Positions 51,411 through 64,000 of a stretch of 64,000 bases of DNA are shown here, one piece after another. The stretch lies in contig NC_058382.1 of the NCBI RefSeq assembly GCF_018350175.1, positions 54,004,001 through 54,068,000 of the forward strand, read 5' to 3'. The first letter of the stretch is position 1. Every line of letters begins with the position of its first letter. The DNA is from Felis catus (lineage: Eukaryota). Made by a program: the position numbers and the translations under genes. Under the pieces are notes generated by a model. It did not search any database. It saw nothing but the letters and a program-made list of their open reading frames with translations, and was not told the DNA's origin.

Positions 51411-53610
51411 GAGAAGCTTGTTCTACAAAGAAGCACCAGGAGGAAAAGTCATTTTCTTTAAATCCCTAGAAAAAAAATACTAGGAATTTTGAAGGTAATT
51501 TAAATTTCCCAAGCACGTCTGCATGCATTATGTCACTTCCCCTCACTGGGACAAGGCTTCGGAAATCGCTCTACTCCAGGGTCCTTTTCACAGAATGCCT
51601 CCAGCTGTTTGTTCACATTCCCCGTCATCATTTCATTCAGTTTAATAACTTCAGGTCACCAGCAGGGCTGGGGTAAGGGGCAATCACCTAACCACCTCCG
51701 AGAGAGAAAAAAAAATCCTTCAATTAGATAAGAATCAGCGAAGAGTGAGGCTCGGGGCCACAGTGAGGAGTATCAAAGCAAAAGTTGGACCATTGTCCAA
51801 AAGCACCCGGTCGCCCTTTAGGGAAAGCCAAACGTGGCCTGCCTCATGAGCCTTGAAACTCTGCGCAAACAGGAGTCCACATTAGAGGCAAACACAGGGC
51901 AACCAAGAGGGGACCATTCAACACACAGACTGGCTAGGACACTCTCTCTGGTTGGGAAGGAACTCGGCAACCCTGGTGAGTATCTTGGAGACATGCAGTC
52001 AGGATGGGCTGGGACACAGCGTCTCTCTAGAGAAGACATGCCCCAACCTCCCTGCTTAGTCTTTCCCTGTTTAAGTCCTGAATCCCTCCTCCTTTACTCC
52101 ACACTGGACAACCAGGAAAATTCCACCAGGAAAACTCAGAGATTATCAGCGTGTGACATGTGAACTGCCACTGTTAACAGGGCAGCCATTGCTAATCCAT
52201 CACGGCACCCTTTCCTGTGAGCCTGCAGGCAACCTCAAAATCCGTCTCAACACAAATCTCCCGGCAGCCACTACTGTGCAATAAGATTTGGAATGCAGTA
52301 GGAAATCTATGCGGCATTCCTGCGTTGTAAACCATTCCAACACCACGGTCTCTACTGTCGAATCCTCACATAGCTCTCTATGGGGACTGATGCATTTGAG
52401 ATTATCTGTTATGGTGTAAGGACCATTCAGTGAGGACCGACTAGACACCAAAGTACTCTATTAATTCTCGACACTCTCTCAACTACCTCATTCCCACCAT
52501 AACCCCATGAGGTAGGAGACGATATCAGCCCATTTCACAGATAAAGGAACCAAGGCTCAAAGAAGTAACTAACCAAGGCATGAAGCTGGTAAGTGACTGA
52601 GCCAGAACACACACCTACTCTGGAGGACACGACATCATGGTTAATTTTTTAAGAGGACAGCGTGGGGCACTTCAGAACGAAAAGGTCTCCAGATTCCGCT
52701 AAGCATAAGCCAAATACCGACGGCCAGCCCTCCAGCCGGACACTGTGTCGCGTCTAAACTCACAGCAGCAGCAGCAAGATCCACCACGACAACTGCTGAG
52801 GCAGATCTACTTCCCTGTTGAACACCTTCGGAGAAACAAAGCCACTTGTAAAATCCCCCGAGCTAATGAGCTGAGATTGGACCAGGCCTTCTAAGCCTGA
52901 GGTAGGCGTTCACATAAGACTGATGTGCGGCTGAGTTTATCCTATCCTTCCTTTATTCAAATGCAGCTGGATCCCAGCTGCCCACCGGGTATGGGGTCCT
53001 GTGATGGGCAGGGGGCTTCGTTGACGAGCCCTGACCCACATGTCCAGAGGACCTAACAGAGGACACAGACATGAAACAGACAAGTGCACTGAAAATCACA
53101 TATTGACAGCCACCAGCTCTTGGGGCCCTGTGAGAATAAAACAATGGACAGTACAGTTTTGAATGTGGGCGGGGTGAGGTCAGATGGGCCTGAACAGACA
53201 AGTCCACTGAAGCATCTTCAGAGGACTCGAAGGTGAGTGAGTTTCCTGTGAGTTAACAGGGTGCAATATTGCCGCAGAAAGAAAAGAAAGGAGACAAAGA
53301 CCTTCTTGGCCCCCCAGTTTGGCCAGGAACTAGCACTAGAACCTGGCGTACAGGAGTTGGGTGGCTGTGGAAGCACCCATTGCTAATGTCCCACTCAGCG
53401 ACTCCCACGCAAGGGACGGCACATCCTTTAGGGTGACTAACACAGAACACAGTTCTGGACGCCAACCCTCGGCTTTCTTTCTGCCCCCTGTGCATCAAGG
53501 CAAATGCATTCACTACCAGGTTCTCCTGGAACGCCAGACAGACGTCTGTCATGTCCTGCAAAAGGTAAACTAAAACAAGTAGCGATAAACAGAACTTAAA
53601 ACTTGAGCCA

Positions 53611-53828
53611 GGGGCGCCTGGGTGGCGCAGTCGGTTAAGCGTCCGACTTCAGCCAGGTCACGATCTCGCGGTCCGGGAGTTCGAGCCCCGCGTCGGGCTC
53701 TGGGCTGATGGCTCAGAGCCTGGAGCCTGTTTCCGATGCTGTGTCTCCCTCTCTCTCTGCCCCTCCCCCGTTCATGCTCTGTCTCTCTCTGTTCCAAAAA
53801 TAAATAAACGTTGAAAAAAAAAATTTTA
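53611..53828 (+). mobile_element. Very young SINEC_Fc
   Basis: GGGGCGCCTGGGTGGCGCAGTCGGTTAAGCGTCCGACTTCAGCCAGGTCACGATCTCGCGG with CpGs intact. Perfect 13-bp TSD AAAACTTGAGCCA at 53598-53610 and 53829-53841, at a TT/AAAA L1-endonuclease site. Confidence 0.99.
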
Positions 53829-53900
53829 AAAACTTGAGCCAAACAGCATTTTTGGTGGAATCCATGTGTTACTCAAGTCCAAAGAAACACTCTCCTGGGG

Positions 53901-53945
<45 letters not shown>

Positions 53946-54110
53946 CATATATATATGCATATATATGTTATATACATATGTGTATGTATATATATGTATG
54001 TATATATGTATGTATATGTATACAAGAAGGGTTTAATATATGTATATATACATACATATATACATATATTAGATATACATATTAAATATACATATATATA
54101 CATATATAAT
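53901..54110. repeat. Poly(A) followed by a complex (TA)n/(TATG)n tract
   Basis: Seen directly. Confidence 0.97.
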
Positions 54111-54939
54111 ACTTTGTTCTTTACCCTGAGATGCGATGCCCACAGCAACTGTTCTTCCTCATAACAAGATTCCAACATTTTGTGTTTCATAACTAGGAAG
54201 CAAGTATTTGAGGGGAGATATGTGGTCATAAGCCCAGACAAATCTGAAGACGAGGAGGGAAGAGCTTAAAAAGCCCCACATGTCAACCTTTTCTGGTGTC
54301 CTCAATGGATATGCCCCAGATTTACTTGGACAGTCTCATTTCCTTCCTTATATTAAATGAGGTTAATATACAAAATGTAAAACTACACATAATTTTTAAA
54401 AACTGAATTGATGAGGGTAATTTCCATTTTCTACACAGCCATCAACAACAAGAAAATGAAACAGGATACATGAAATGGCTGTTTTCAGGCAAACAACAAG
54501 CGTCACAGGACTTAAAACCCTTTGAGAGGCAAGAAATAAATGATGAGAGAAGCACTGTAGTTACCCCAGGCTTCTACCTGAAGGCACTTTCTCGACTCCA
54601 GCCTACGATGGGGAAACCGTGACAAACCATGGCAGTTATCCCCGAGTTGAGGAGAGAGAAGAGAGCTCAGGCAGGTGGAGAACTTTCAGGGCAGAGTACA
54701 AGAGAGTACTCATGATCACGGGCATGTTACCTTTTTAAGTTTCCGCTTCTTCGTTCTCTAGAATTGGAATGTTTCTATTTAACCCACAGTGTTACTGGAA
54801 GCATTGGCAGACCTCAGCGATAGCTATCATTTACTATGTACCAGCTACTGTTCAAAACCCTTAGGTTTACTCTGAACAACAGCCCCCAAGGTAGACACTA
54901 ATGCTGCCTCGTCTGACAGCTGAAAAATCACAAGAGTGA

Positions 54940-55390
54940 TGTGGCAGACAGCCTCTAAGATAGCAGCTGTGACCCTAACTCCTAGTAGTCACACTCCTGT
55001 ATCATCCTCCCCCCCGGCCGTGGGCTGGACTTAATACCACTTCTGAGATCAGTTTATAAAAACACTAAGGTTTGTGTCTTGGATGTCCATCTCACTCGCT
55101 CTGAGGGCCCCGCAGGGTCTCATGTGGCAAGGAACCAAGGGAGGCCGTCGGCCAACAGCCAGTGAGGAAATGGATCCTGCCGACAACCGCGTGAGTGAAT
55201 TTGCGAGTGGATCTCTCCCCAGTCGGGGCCTCAGATGAGACCACGGGCCTGGCTGATGGCTGAGACAGAGGACCCGGCTAATCCATGCTCAGATCCATGA
55301 CCCACAGAAAGTGTGAAATAACTAACGTTAGTTGTTTTAGGCCGTAGATCTTGGGGGTAATTAGTTACGCGACAACAGATAACTGAGACC
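54940..55390 (+). mobile_element. MLT1F-like solo LTR inserted in a MIR
   Basis: TGTGGCAGACAGCCTCTAAGAT..CATGTGGCAAGGAAC..CCAACAGCCAGTGAGGAA..CAGATGAGACC..AGATAACT. Perfect 5-bp TSD AGTGA at 54935-54939 and 55391-55395. Confidence 0.92.
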
Positions 55391-55483
55391 AGTGATGTTA
55401 AGGAATTTTCCCAAAGCCATCGTAGTACAAGTGGACCAGCCAATATAAAATAGCAGCCAACATATATCAGTATCTCAGTGAAG

Positions 55484-55552
55484 GATAATGATTGTGATGA
55501 TGATGAAGATGATGACGATGATGATGACGACGACGACGGTGATGGTGGCGGC
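55484..55552. repeat. (GAT/GAC/GGT)n trinucleotide tract
   Basis: Seen directly. It explains the poly-Ser ORF at 55231-55581. Confidence 0.93.
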
Positions 55553-55829
55553 AACTGGTGATCTAAATAAATAGCCCCCAAAAATGTTCCATTAAAACTA
55601 TAGCCAAAATGGCTTTCTGGATGAATTCTTCAAAACGCATCCTTCTTCTTAAGAGAAAAGAAGAGAGACAAAGTATGCCTTCTCCAGCGTCCTCTGGATG
55701 CAAAGATGTGTGGCCCAAAGGGCATCATGCCTACTCCTTCCAGACGTTAGGCAGTACTGCCTAACAGTGTCCATATCTCACTGGAGAAGGTTCTGGTGTT
55801 GGGTTGAAATAAATATGCACAGCAGAGGG

Positions 55830-56200
55830 AATCCAAATTCCAGTCGCTGGGCTTTTTAAAAGCTCGTATTTGTATATTTGATGTGCAACCTAATTAGACC
55901 AGAGCATCTTTAATTAAGTGTGTCAGCCCCAGTGGAAGCCACAGAGTTCAATGCTAATAAAGCTGATAAAGGTTTTTGTTTCCCAGACTTCTTTTATTTA
56001 ATGCCTCAACCATGTTAAGCCAATCTGTAACATATGGGCAGTTCTCCCACTATGGATTTATCATTTGGGTGTTTCTTTCTGTGAATTAATGCAATCAAAC
56101 TCCTGCCAGTGTTAATTATTTTTCTCCAAGAAGCAAATCCCAGAATTTAGCAATAACCAGCTGCGATTTACTGCTGGCGGTGCAGCAGAGATGACGGACT
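55830..56200. promoter_or_regulatory. Candidate conserved non-coding/enhancer block
   Basis: Repeat-free. Palindromic CTAATTAG (55890-55897) and TTAATTAA (55910-55917), plus TGTCA, TGATAA, GAATTAAT and TTAATTA. Confidence 0.5.
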
Positions 56201-56489
56201 CGTGCTGTCTGCCACCACCCCAGGCAGACGGAGAGAGGCTTCTGCGCTCCGGGGCTGACCTCAGCTCTCAGTGCTTCCAGACACAGGCAGCATTCTCGGC
56301 ATTTGCCAGCCTCACCACCCTTGCAGGTGCATAAATCTCATGGTTAGCACTGAGCTGCCCTTGTAGAAGTTGTGCTGGTCACTAGGAGACTCTCTGCCCA
56401 GCAGCCTCCCTCAGGCGGAATGCAACGTCTGTCCGTACTCCTTTGCCAGGTCTGACTCACAGAACAAAACGCCTCAAGACAAAAGTCCT

Positions 56490-56865
56490 CTAACCTCTGG
56501 GCCTTTCTAGTGCTCTTCCCTCTAGCTGAAATGCTTTCCCCACATCAGTCCATACCTGTTAATCATTCGTCCAGGTCTTGGCTTAAACGTCACTTCTCTC
56601 TATCCACCCCATTTAACAGAGTTCTCAGCTACACAGAAATCCTTCCTCGGCTCCCTATTTCATCAAAGCCCTTAGCACTGGACCATAAGTACCTACTTTG
56701 TTCATTCATTTGTTTACTTATTTATCACACACCTCCCTCTTAGAGAAAATCAGCTCCCTGAGATGGGGCCATAGAGCTGTATTTAGTATTATGTCCCTAG
56801 GTCCCAGGACATGGAGGACACAGGGTAGGTGCTGGGTCAATTGTCAGGTCATGAATGGATAATGA
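56490..56865 (+). mobile_element. L2 3' end
   Basis: GGGCCTTTCTAGTGCTCTTCCCTCTAGCTGAAATGCT..AGCTCCCTGAG..ACACAGGGTAGGTGCT..ATGAATGGATAATGA. Confidence 0.75.
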
Positions 56866-58329
56866 GATCTCAAAGGGATGACTACATATTTCTTCTCTCC
56901 AAGTCCTGCTCTGCATCAGAAATACTACAGGTTCCAAATCCCTTCAAGAATTCTTTTGATGACCGATTGAGAGAATTACCTTACAGCCAATAACAAGACA
57001 GATAAAAGTCAACAGCAAGACAGAAAATATGTAGCCATACTTGGCTCAACAGGGAAGTGAATCAGAATTTAGAATGAGAAAAATGGGATTTGAACTCTGG
57101 CTGTGTAGCCTCAAGAAAATCACCTACCCTCTCTCAATTTATATTTCCTTATCCGTAAGAATGAATACAACCAACACCAAAAGGTGTGAAGGCATAATTG
57201 GTAAATGATATTGTTTCACAGATGTTCTTTCGATCTGAACTGGAGGGAATCCAACTCCAGGAGAGGAAATGGTGTTGCCCTTGAAGACGTCCGCATGTAA
57301 AGGCGAGTAAAAACCCAACTAATTTATGAAATTTGTGGTGTAGGCCCATATGAAAGTAGAGAGTCCAAGGACCAACTGTCAACGTGCTTGGTCTTGCTGA
57401 AGATATTTCACCACAGTTTTATGTGTCATCACATGAAGGAAGTTCCTAGGTCTGGGATACCTGCTCAAAAAAGAAAAGAACCAGACTTCCTTCAAATTTA
57501 CCTTTGTACCTCTTCACTCACACCAGCGCTGCTCAGTTTCCCAGAATGCCTTTGGCCTTAAAGCGTTGACAGAACCGTGGCATGGGTACCACGGCCCTTT
57601 AGGGTGACCAGGGAGTCCCGCAAGCTAGCACCCAAAGGCTGCGCTTCCCTGCCTGCCAACTCCAGAGTGAGAGGAAGCACCAGGGCTTCCAGGAAGCAGA
57701 AAACTCAAAGGAGAAGGGAAACTACCATTCACTGACTACCTACCCGAGGCTTCAACTGAGCTGGGCGCCTTACAAACATTAGGTTATAAACTAGCGGGAA
57801 GAGGAGACTAAAGAGGTAGGGAGTCCATGTAGCACAAGGAGCAAATTCCAAAACCAATAACATTTGCCATTTATCCATGCACTCATCCTTTCAAACTTTA
57901 TTCAGCAACCACTCTGTACAAGGCAGATATTTCCCATCGTTTGTTGAGCTCTCTAACACATAAAGGGGAAAGGTTATGCTCCTCTCCCTACAGGTAACTG
58001 GGAAAGGAAGGTTCTAGAAAAATAGCCCTCTTACGGGAACTCAAGATCTCAAGTCTGCTTTCTATTAGCTGAGAGGCCCAGGAAGAGGGGAACTGACCCT
58101 CATACCATGACCCCATGCTATCCTGCCCTCTGATCTCTCCATGCATGGCAGAGTCTGGTCGTCCACCAACTGTAAGCGCTGAGAGGCCAAACTCATGCCG
58201 TTGGTTGCCCAGTGAGTCCTCACAGCCTAGCACACCGCCGTCCATGCCCTTTATACTCAGTAAGCATCTCTGAGTATATCTTTTCACTAGGTCCTTGACA
58301 CGATCATTCTTATTTTTAAAGCAGTTCCA

Positions 58330-58545
58330 GGGGCGCCTGGGTGGCGCAGTCGGTTAAGCCTCCGACTTCAGCCAGGTCACGATCTCGGGCTCCGTGAGTT
58401 CGAGCCCCGCGTCAGGCTCTGGGCTGATGGCTCAGAGCCTGGAGCCTGTTTCCGATTCTGTGTCTCCCTCTCTCTCTGCCCCTCCCCCGTTCATGCTCTG
58501 TCTCTCTCTGTCCGAAAAATAAATAAACGTTGGGAAAAAAAAATG
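58330..58545 (+). mobile_element. Very young SINEC_Fc
   Basis: Nearly identical to 53611-53828. Perfect 13-bp TSD TAAAGCAGTTCCA at 58317-58329 and 58546-58558. Confidence 0.99.
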
Positions 58546-58594
58546 TAAAGCAGTTCCATCCTCTTCCATGCAGCTCCATGACAGGTGGTTCAGG

Positions 58595-58957
58595 CTGTCA
58601 CATTTGGGGCCACCATAACCCTGCCCTAATCATCCCAGGGCCCAGTGCCAGACAGCGAGACAGACCCCACAGCCCAGAGTCCACTGGAATCATTCAAATG
58701 AGCCAATCCTAAGGCTTTTAACCCTGCCTCGACTTTTCCTTTCACTCCAAAACCACAACAGTCTCCTTCTTGCATTTTCTCCCTGCTCTGCCTGACTCCT
58801 GGCTGACCCTGGGGCTTCCCCGTATGGCCCTTGTGCATGGTACGCATGCCTTCTGTGTCTAGGGGTATGTGAGTGTATACCTCCCCTTCATGACAGTCAA
58901 TTTCAAGTCTATACTTACCATATATGATTAAAACAAATCCAGATCCCCTTAAAACAG
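58595..58957 (+). mobile_element. MER74-like ERVL LTR (3' part)
   Basis: CCCTGCCCTAATCATCCCAGGGCCCAGTGCCAGACAG..TCATTCAAATGAGCCAATCCTAAG..AAACCACAA resembles the MER74 consensus. Confidence 0.75.
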
Positions 58958-60896
58958 ACATCTAAAAATGTGGCACAGAAGAAATACACAGAGGACGGTC
59001 TAGGAGCTTTGAGTGTCTGATCAGGGTTTGCAATCCTTGTTAATAATGACAATCTTTAGCTCACAGGCAGAACAATATCGAAAGCTTCTACACCAGAAAG
59101 TAGCAAGATTAGATTGACATGATAGCAAATGTCTTCTGAGCTCATCAGAACCAGGAAATATCTGTCTCAGCTACCTGTCTCAGGAAAAGAAGTTCCAAAT
59201 ATTTGGGGTCATAATGCTATGTATCATGAGTTTTGCTGTGTTGAGAAAAGAGGGGCCATCAATGAGAGGCACATTGAGCAGGGTGGTTTAATCTCTGTCT
59301 GACAAAGTTAAACTGTCACTCAGAAACTTGCCCTCCCTGAATCAGATCACTAATAAGAACACTCATGCGTCCATCAGAACGCATGATAGATACACCTTTT
59401 TATAACATGCTCAGATACCAGCTCCAAAGGGTTTACAAGCATTACCATGATCCTTCCATAGGCTGCCGGGGTCCAAAGTGAGCCTCATAAACAGCCACAG
59501 ACAGCAGAATAATACCCACCTTGAGCCCCTAATTAGGTGGACCCCATCGCACTTACCCCAAACTGGGAAGAGAACCAAATGCCCTCTGAAAGCAGACAAG
59601 AGTAAATGAGAAACAGTGGATGTATTCTAATTTCTATATTATACTCCCAAAGTAAGGAAAGCAGATTTGATGACCATTCTCTCTAAAAACTTACTTGTAT
59701 TGTTTCTGCTTTACCCTCAGTTTTGAAATTTTTAAACTCAAAAAGAGTGACATTTGCTAAGCACCAAGCACTGATCAAAACCTAAGGAGAACTTCAAGGT
59801 GGCAGTAAAATATTAAATGTTTTTAGAAATACATATATCCACATAATAATTGTGTTATATTATGTACAGTATAAATATACAATAGCTTCTTCTCTCACAG
59901 CACCTGCATTCTAATGCAGAAGTCTGACAAATATAGCTAGTGGAAGATTCTACAACAAGGAGCAAAGTGCTTCGTGGAAACATCAGATATACCAGGCAGG
60001 GTGCATGACCGGGGCTTTGGGAAAGGAATCCGTTTCTTTGAAAGCCTAAAGGGTCTCTTCAGACTGAAGTCAATTCGACCCATTGATGCTGATCACAGGT
60101 CCAAGAGCACACATAAGCCTAGAAAATGTATCAGACTGGGGAGGGATTCACCCAAAGGCATAAATGTAGTCTGAGACCAAAGTTGAGGAAAGGGAGTTGA
60201 GAGAACAGCTACTTATAGCAACTCACAGTTACTTGGGGACGCATTCTTAGATCGTGGAGAGAAACGGGGGTTATAAAAAGCATTCTAGTCAAATGAAAGA
60301 GTTGAGAAAACTTGTTCTCTGTAAGAACACAAAAATCAGCCATCCCGGCTTCAGGACTCGGTGACTGAAGGGCACCTCCGGAGCGTGATTCCCAGTGGGG
60401 ACAGAGCAGTCACGAGGGCTGGAAGTGCAGGCTTCACCACGAGCCAGGGGACAGGGACAGAGGGATGCCTTACGTGGCTGTATATGGCAACGTTCTTAGA
60501 AACAGCTTGATCCAGGGGAGAATGGTGCAGGATGATCTTTCTGGAGACTTTAATGGTGGATTTAGAAACATCCTGTCTCTCAAACTATTTATTTCACCTA
60601 TAAAACCAGTAAGAATGGGCACTGACGGAATCCAGAGACTCTATCGTCATGTTCTTGCCTTGCCACGAATGAGCTGTGTAAGTATGGGTGGTTCAAGTCT
60701 CCTCTGTGAGCCTTTGCTTACTTATCTATTAAATGGACGATGGGAATGAAAGGAACAATAGCTCTATCATAAAAGCATCTAATGAGCACCCTGTAAGTGT
60801 CAAACCCTGTATAGGATATGGCTATATACATGGAGATAAATACACATATAGGTGCTATCGTATATTCACATCCTTACTATTCTCATAATGATTTAC

Positions 60897-61177
60897 ATAT
60901 ATATATGTATATATATTTTCATATATATGTATATTATATATATGATATATATGTATATATATGTGTATATATATGTATATATTATATATATGTATATACA
61001 TATATTATATATATAATATACACATATATATACATGTATATATATAATATACATATACATATAAATATACATATATATACATGTATATATATGACATATA
61101 TAATATACATATATATGATATATATAATATACATATATATTATATATATAATATACATATATATGGTATATTTATAC

Positions 61178-61209
<32 letters not shown>
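60897..61209. repeat. Long AT-rich (TA)n-derived tract ending in (CA)n, inside a MIR remnant
   Basis: Seen directly. Includes three copies of an approximately 24-bp unit ATATATAATATACATATATATGAT. Confidence 0.97.
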
Positions 61210-61213
<4 letters not shown>

Positions 61214-63779
61214 CTCATGAGGTATGAATGTGTCAGTCTTATCAGAAGGATGAAGTATCTTTCTCTAGGTCACAAACCTGCAAGTGTTATTAGTGGAACT
61301 CAAAGCAAAGGCATCCAAATGCCATCCCTTGAAACTTCAAACCACACACGATTATAATAAGGACCAGAAAATTTAAAAAAGAAAAGAAAAGAAAAGAATT
61401 GTGTATACTAAACCCTGAGGTGCCCTACACATTCTGGGATATTATTACATTTTTTTAAATAATTAAAAAATAAACACGGACGTACTGTTGCAATTTTATA
61501 TAACACACACTGTTTTCTTCCCTCGGCATCTTCTATTCTGCATTCTGGTAATGTTCATCTAATGTTCAAAGTTAAGAAAGAAAGCTCCATCCGCTTCTCA
61601 AATGCACTTGTGATTATTTTTCTATTATTCCATACGCTGTACTCTCATAAAGCCATCTCCAATACATCTTTGCTTGGCATCTGTGTCCTGCTTTATCTCC
61701 TCCTCACACCCTGTCTGCTCTGAGCCTTATAATGAAACCAAAGGTTAAATGTTTGTAGACTCACTCAACACCCACAACATTAAAACAATTGGATGGGAAA
61801 TAATCTCATCTCAACATGCTGGGGGAGATGTGCTAGACACCCATTAGAGTTAATGGAAGTTACCGCCAAAATCAAGGTGAAGGCTCTGCTCCCAAGGGCA
61901 CAATGGCAAAGAGAACAACAGGGGAAGTTTCGATTGGAAAAACTCCACAGCTACATAAAGGACTCGAGGAATCTGACTACTAGACTTTGGGAAAATCACG
62001 GATCTCTGAGAACTGATCTCTAGCCTCAGCCTCAGCCTCCAACAAAAGTGGGACTAGGTCTTCCATTTGGTAGCTGTAAAGCCTTGAGAAAGGTATTAAC
62101 CCTGATTAGACCTCAGTTTATTCCTCATTAGAAAGGGCATAACAGACGTGTAAAATTAACCTGTTTATGATAGATTATGCGGGAGGCGAAATGATATAGT
62201 ACACAAGCAGAATGCATTGTACCAAGTGAATACTCTGTAAGTAAGTGAGGGCTATCGTTACCACTTTCATTATCATCACCATCACAACTAACAGCAACTT
62301 TGCGACTTTTACAGAAGAGAGAATGTCTTAGATGCTAACCTTTTTCTCTGGTCAAACGGCTGCCAAGAGCATTATCATCACAAAATGCCAGGACCACCAT
62401 GACTACACCTAAATCAGACCCACAGGTAGTCACAGAGTGGCTGCTTTGTCCTCTCACACCAGGTCTCGGCTCATTCCCCCAAGCGCTCTGAAACACAGAC
62501 ATTGTCCCTATTTCACAGCTGCCAGAAACAGAGGCTCAGAGAGACTGAGCTGTATTAAACAGGACAGCATGTGTCATATCTGATACACAAGGGTCAAGGT
62601 CAAGATCTCTACAAACCTTTACACAGGCAAAATCCATGACCATATATTCATGTCATCCCAGCCCTTCTCAACTGTGTCACTGGACCATCACTACAACCTC
62701 CACATTCAATCGTAAGTAGTGTAGATCATAAGAAGGGGGTTATGAACCAGCAAATGTGGACTTTACACCCAGTCAGGTGAGAGGGCTTTCGTCCTTTGGA
62801 CTTTCATATGGGATATTGAGGGTCCTTGACAAGTGCCAGCCGATCAGCATTTGAGACCACTGACTGGATCAATGTCTCCTGAGTAGCATCAAAGACATTC
62901 CTCTGAAGTACGAGCACAGTGTCAACACATAAGTTCCAAATAGCAAACACAGGAAAGGAAGTAAGTTCCAACTCTGTGAAGATACCCTAATCATAACAGG
63001 AAGATATAAGCTTTCTTAAAATTTCAAAGGGTACCCAGATAGATCTAAAAATGGGGAGATGGCTTTGAATGTGATATATAGGAAGACCCCAGGGAAAAGA
63101 CACAGGTACACTCAGCATTGAAATGCCCACTGACCCCAGACTCTACCTCTTTGTCTGGGTCCCTGGGAAGCATTACCTAATTCTGTTTAAATATCCCCTT
63201 TCTAAGCTTCCTTAGGACAAAACACCCAGAACTTGAAGACAAACCTTCCCTTTCCTTATAGAGGACATAGGGTTTTTGTCATCTTGGGCCCTCCTTTATG
63301 GGTCTCCTACGTGAATTCCTGTGTAAGGGAGAATTCCATCTCCGGAGAGGCAGGTGGAAGACAGAAGCATAGAGTACGCCCTGGAGTTTAAAATAAAAGG
63401 GATAAAAATGTCCAAGCAACGACAATGAAAACCAGCAGTCTTAGCCCTGTGGATAAATCAAAGCACGGACAGACATCATCTGATAGGACAGAAGGGTCTG
63501 TATGCCTGCAGTCCAGGTCACCTCCCCTCCCTCTCTGCCACCCGATTCCCTCTCTCACCACCAGTGTTCATGGGAGGGTTGCCTTTGGTTTGAAACGTCA
63601 TCCAATACACAAAACATTTCCCTTGAGTTGAACATGAGTAAACAGAAGCCTCCGTTACAAACGAAGAGCCCGGTTAACATCTAAAATGAAATATGTGACC
63701 CTTTGGGTCAGAGACATCCTCTTGCAAAGTCAGTTTGAGTTTCAGACTCCAACTCCACTTTTTTTTTTTGAGCAAAGCC

Positions 63780-63970
63780 CCGTTCATACATTATTTCATT
63801 TAGTCCTCCCTACAACACTTTGGGGTGGGTATTATCATTCCCAGTGCACTGACTAGGAACCTGAGGCAGGAGAAATTAAATTAAAATGCTCAAGGCCATA
63901 AAAGAGCAGACTTGGGATTCAAATCCAGGCCCCCTTATTTCAAATTCAAGGCTCTTTGTACTACACCACC
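63780..63970 (-). mobile_element. MIR
   Basis: TTATTTCATTTAGTCCTC..ACAAC..GGTATTATCATTCCC..GGAACCTGAGGC..CTCAAGGCCA..GGGATTCAAATCCAGG. Confidence 0.85.
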
Positions 63971-64000
63971 CTATATCTGCCCCCCCCCCCCCGCACTTTC

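Noticed and set aside
52966..53232. Possible + strand exon ending AAG|GTGAGT
   Set aside because: The first frame stops after about 30 codons, I recognise no product, and there is no partner exon. Such splice-site matches are expected by chance.
53611..53690. tRNA-like A/B boxes
   Set aside because: These are the tRNA-derived head of a SINEC, followed by a CT tract, poly(A) and TSD. It is not a tRNA gene.
60818..61357. 179-aa Ile/Tyr-rich ORF (likewise 53834-54241)
   Set aside because: It is a translation of (TA)n-derived repeats.
1..64000. A novel multi-gene biological system or a named host gene
   Set aside because: No coding cluster, foreign insert or diagnostic exon is visible. All prominent structure is explained by known carnivore repeats and putative regulatory DNA.

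Overview
This window is mammalian, felid genomic DNA (domestic cat or a close relative), identified by several near-consensus SINEC_Fc tRNA-derived SINEs. It is non-coding, either a large intron or a gene desert. I find no credible protein-coding gene, RNA gene or CRISPR-like array. The long ORFs in the track come from microsatellites, retroelements or chance. A large part of the window is a layered record of transposable elements: about 11 Can-SINEs of different ages (most with readable TSDs), old and carnivore-age L1 fragments, MaLR/ERVL/ERV1 solo LTRs, L2, MIR and MER DNA-transposon remnants. There are also many simple repeats. Between these lie repeat-free, AT-rich blocks dense in homeodomain/POU/FOX/TCF-type motifs, mainly around 14.3-15.3, 25.2-25.9, 27.6-28.0, 36.2-36.9 and 55.8-56.2 kb. 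They look like conserved non-coding enhancers of a developmental regulatory landscape, which is an inference because conservation cannot be seen from one sequence. The most interesting local observations are: a nested ERV1-type solo LTR retaining NRF1/ETS/YY1-like motifs; a 9-unit higher-order minisatellite born inside an L1; a candidate 10-nt minus-strand microexon; two orphan CpG-rich patches; and very young SINE insertions. I see no evidence for a new biological system. Repeat family names are from recalled consensus similarity, and boundaries without a TSD are approximate.
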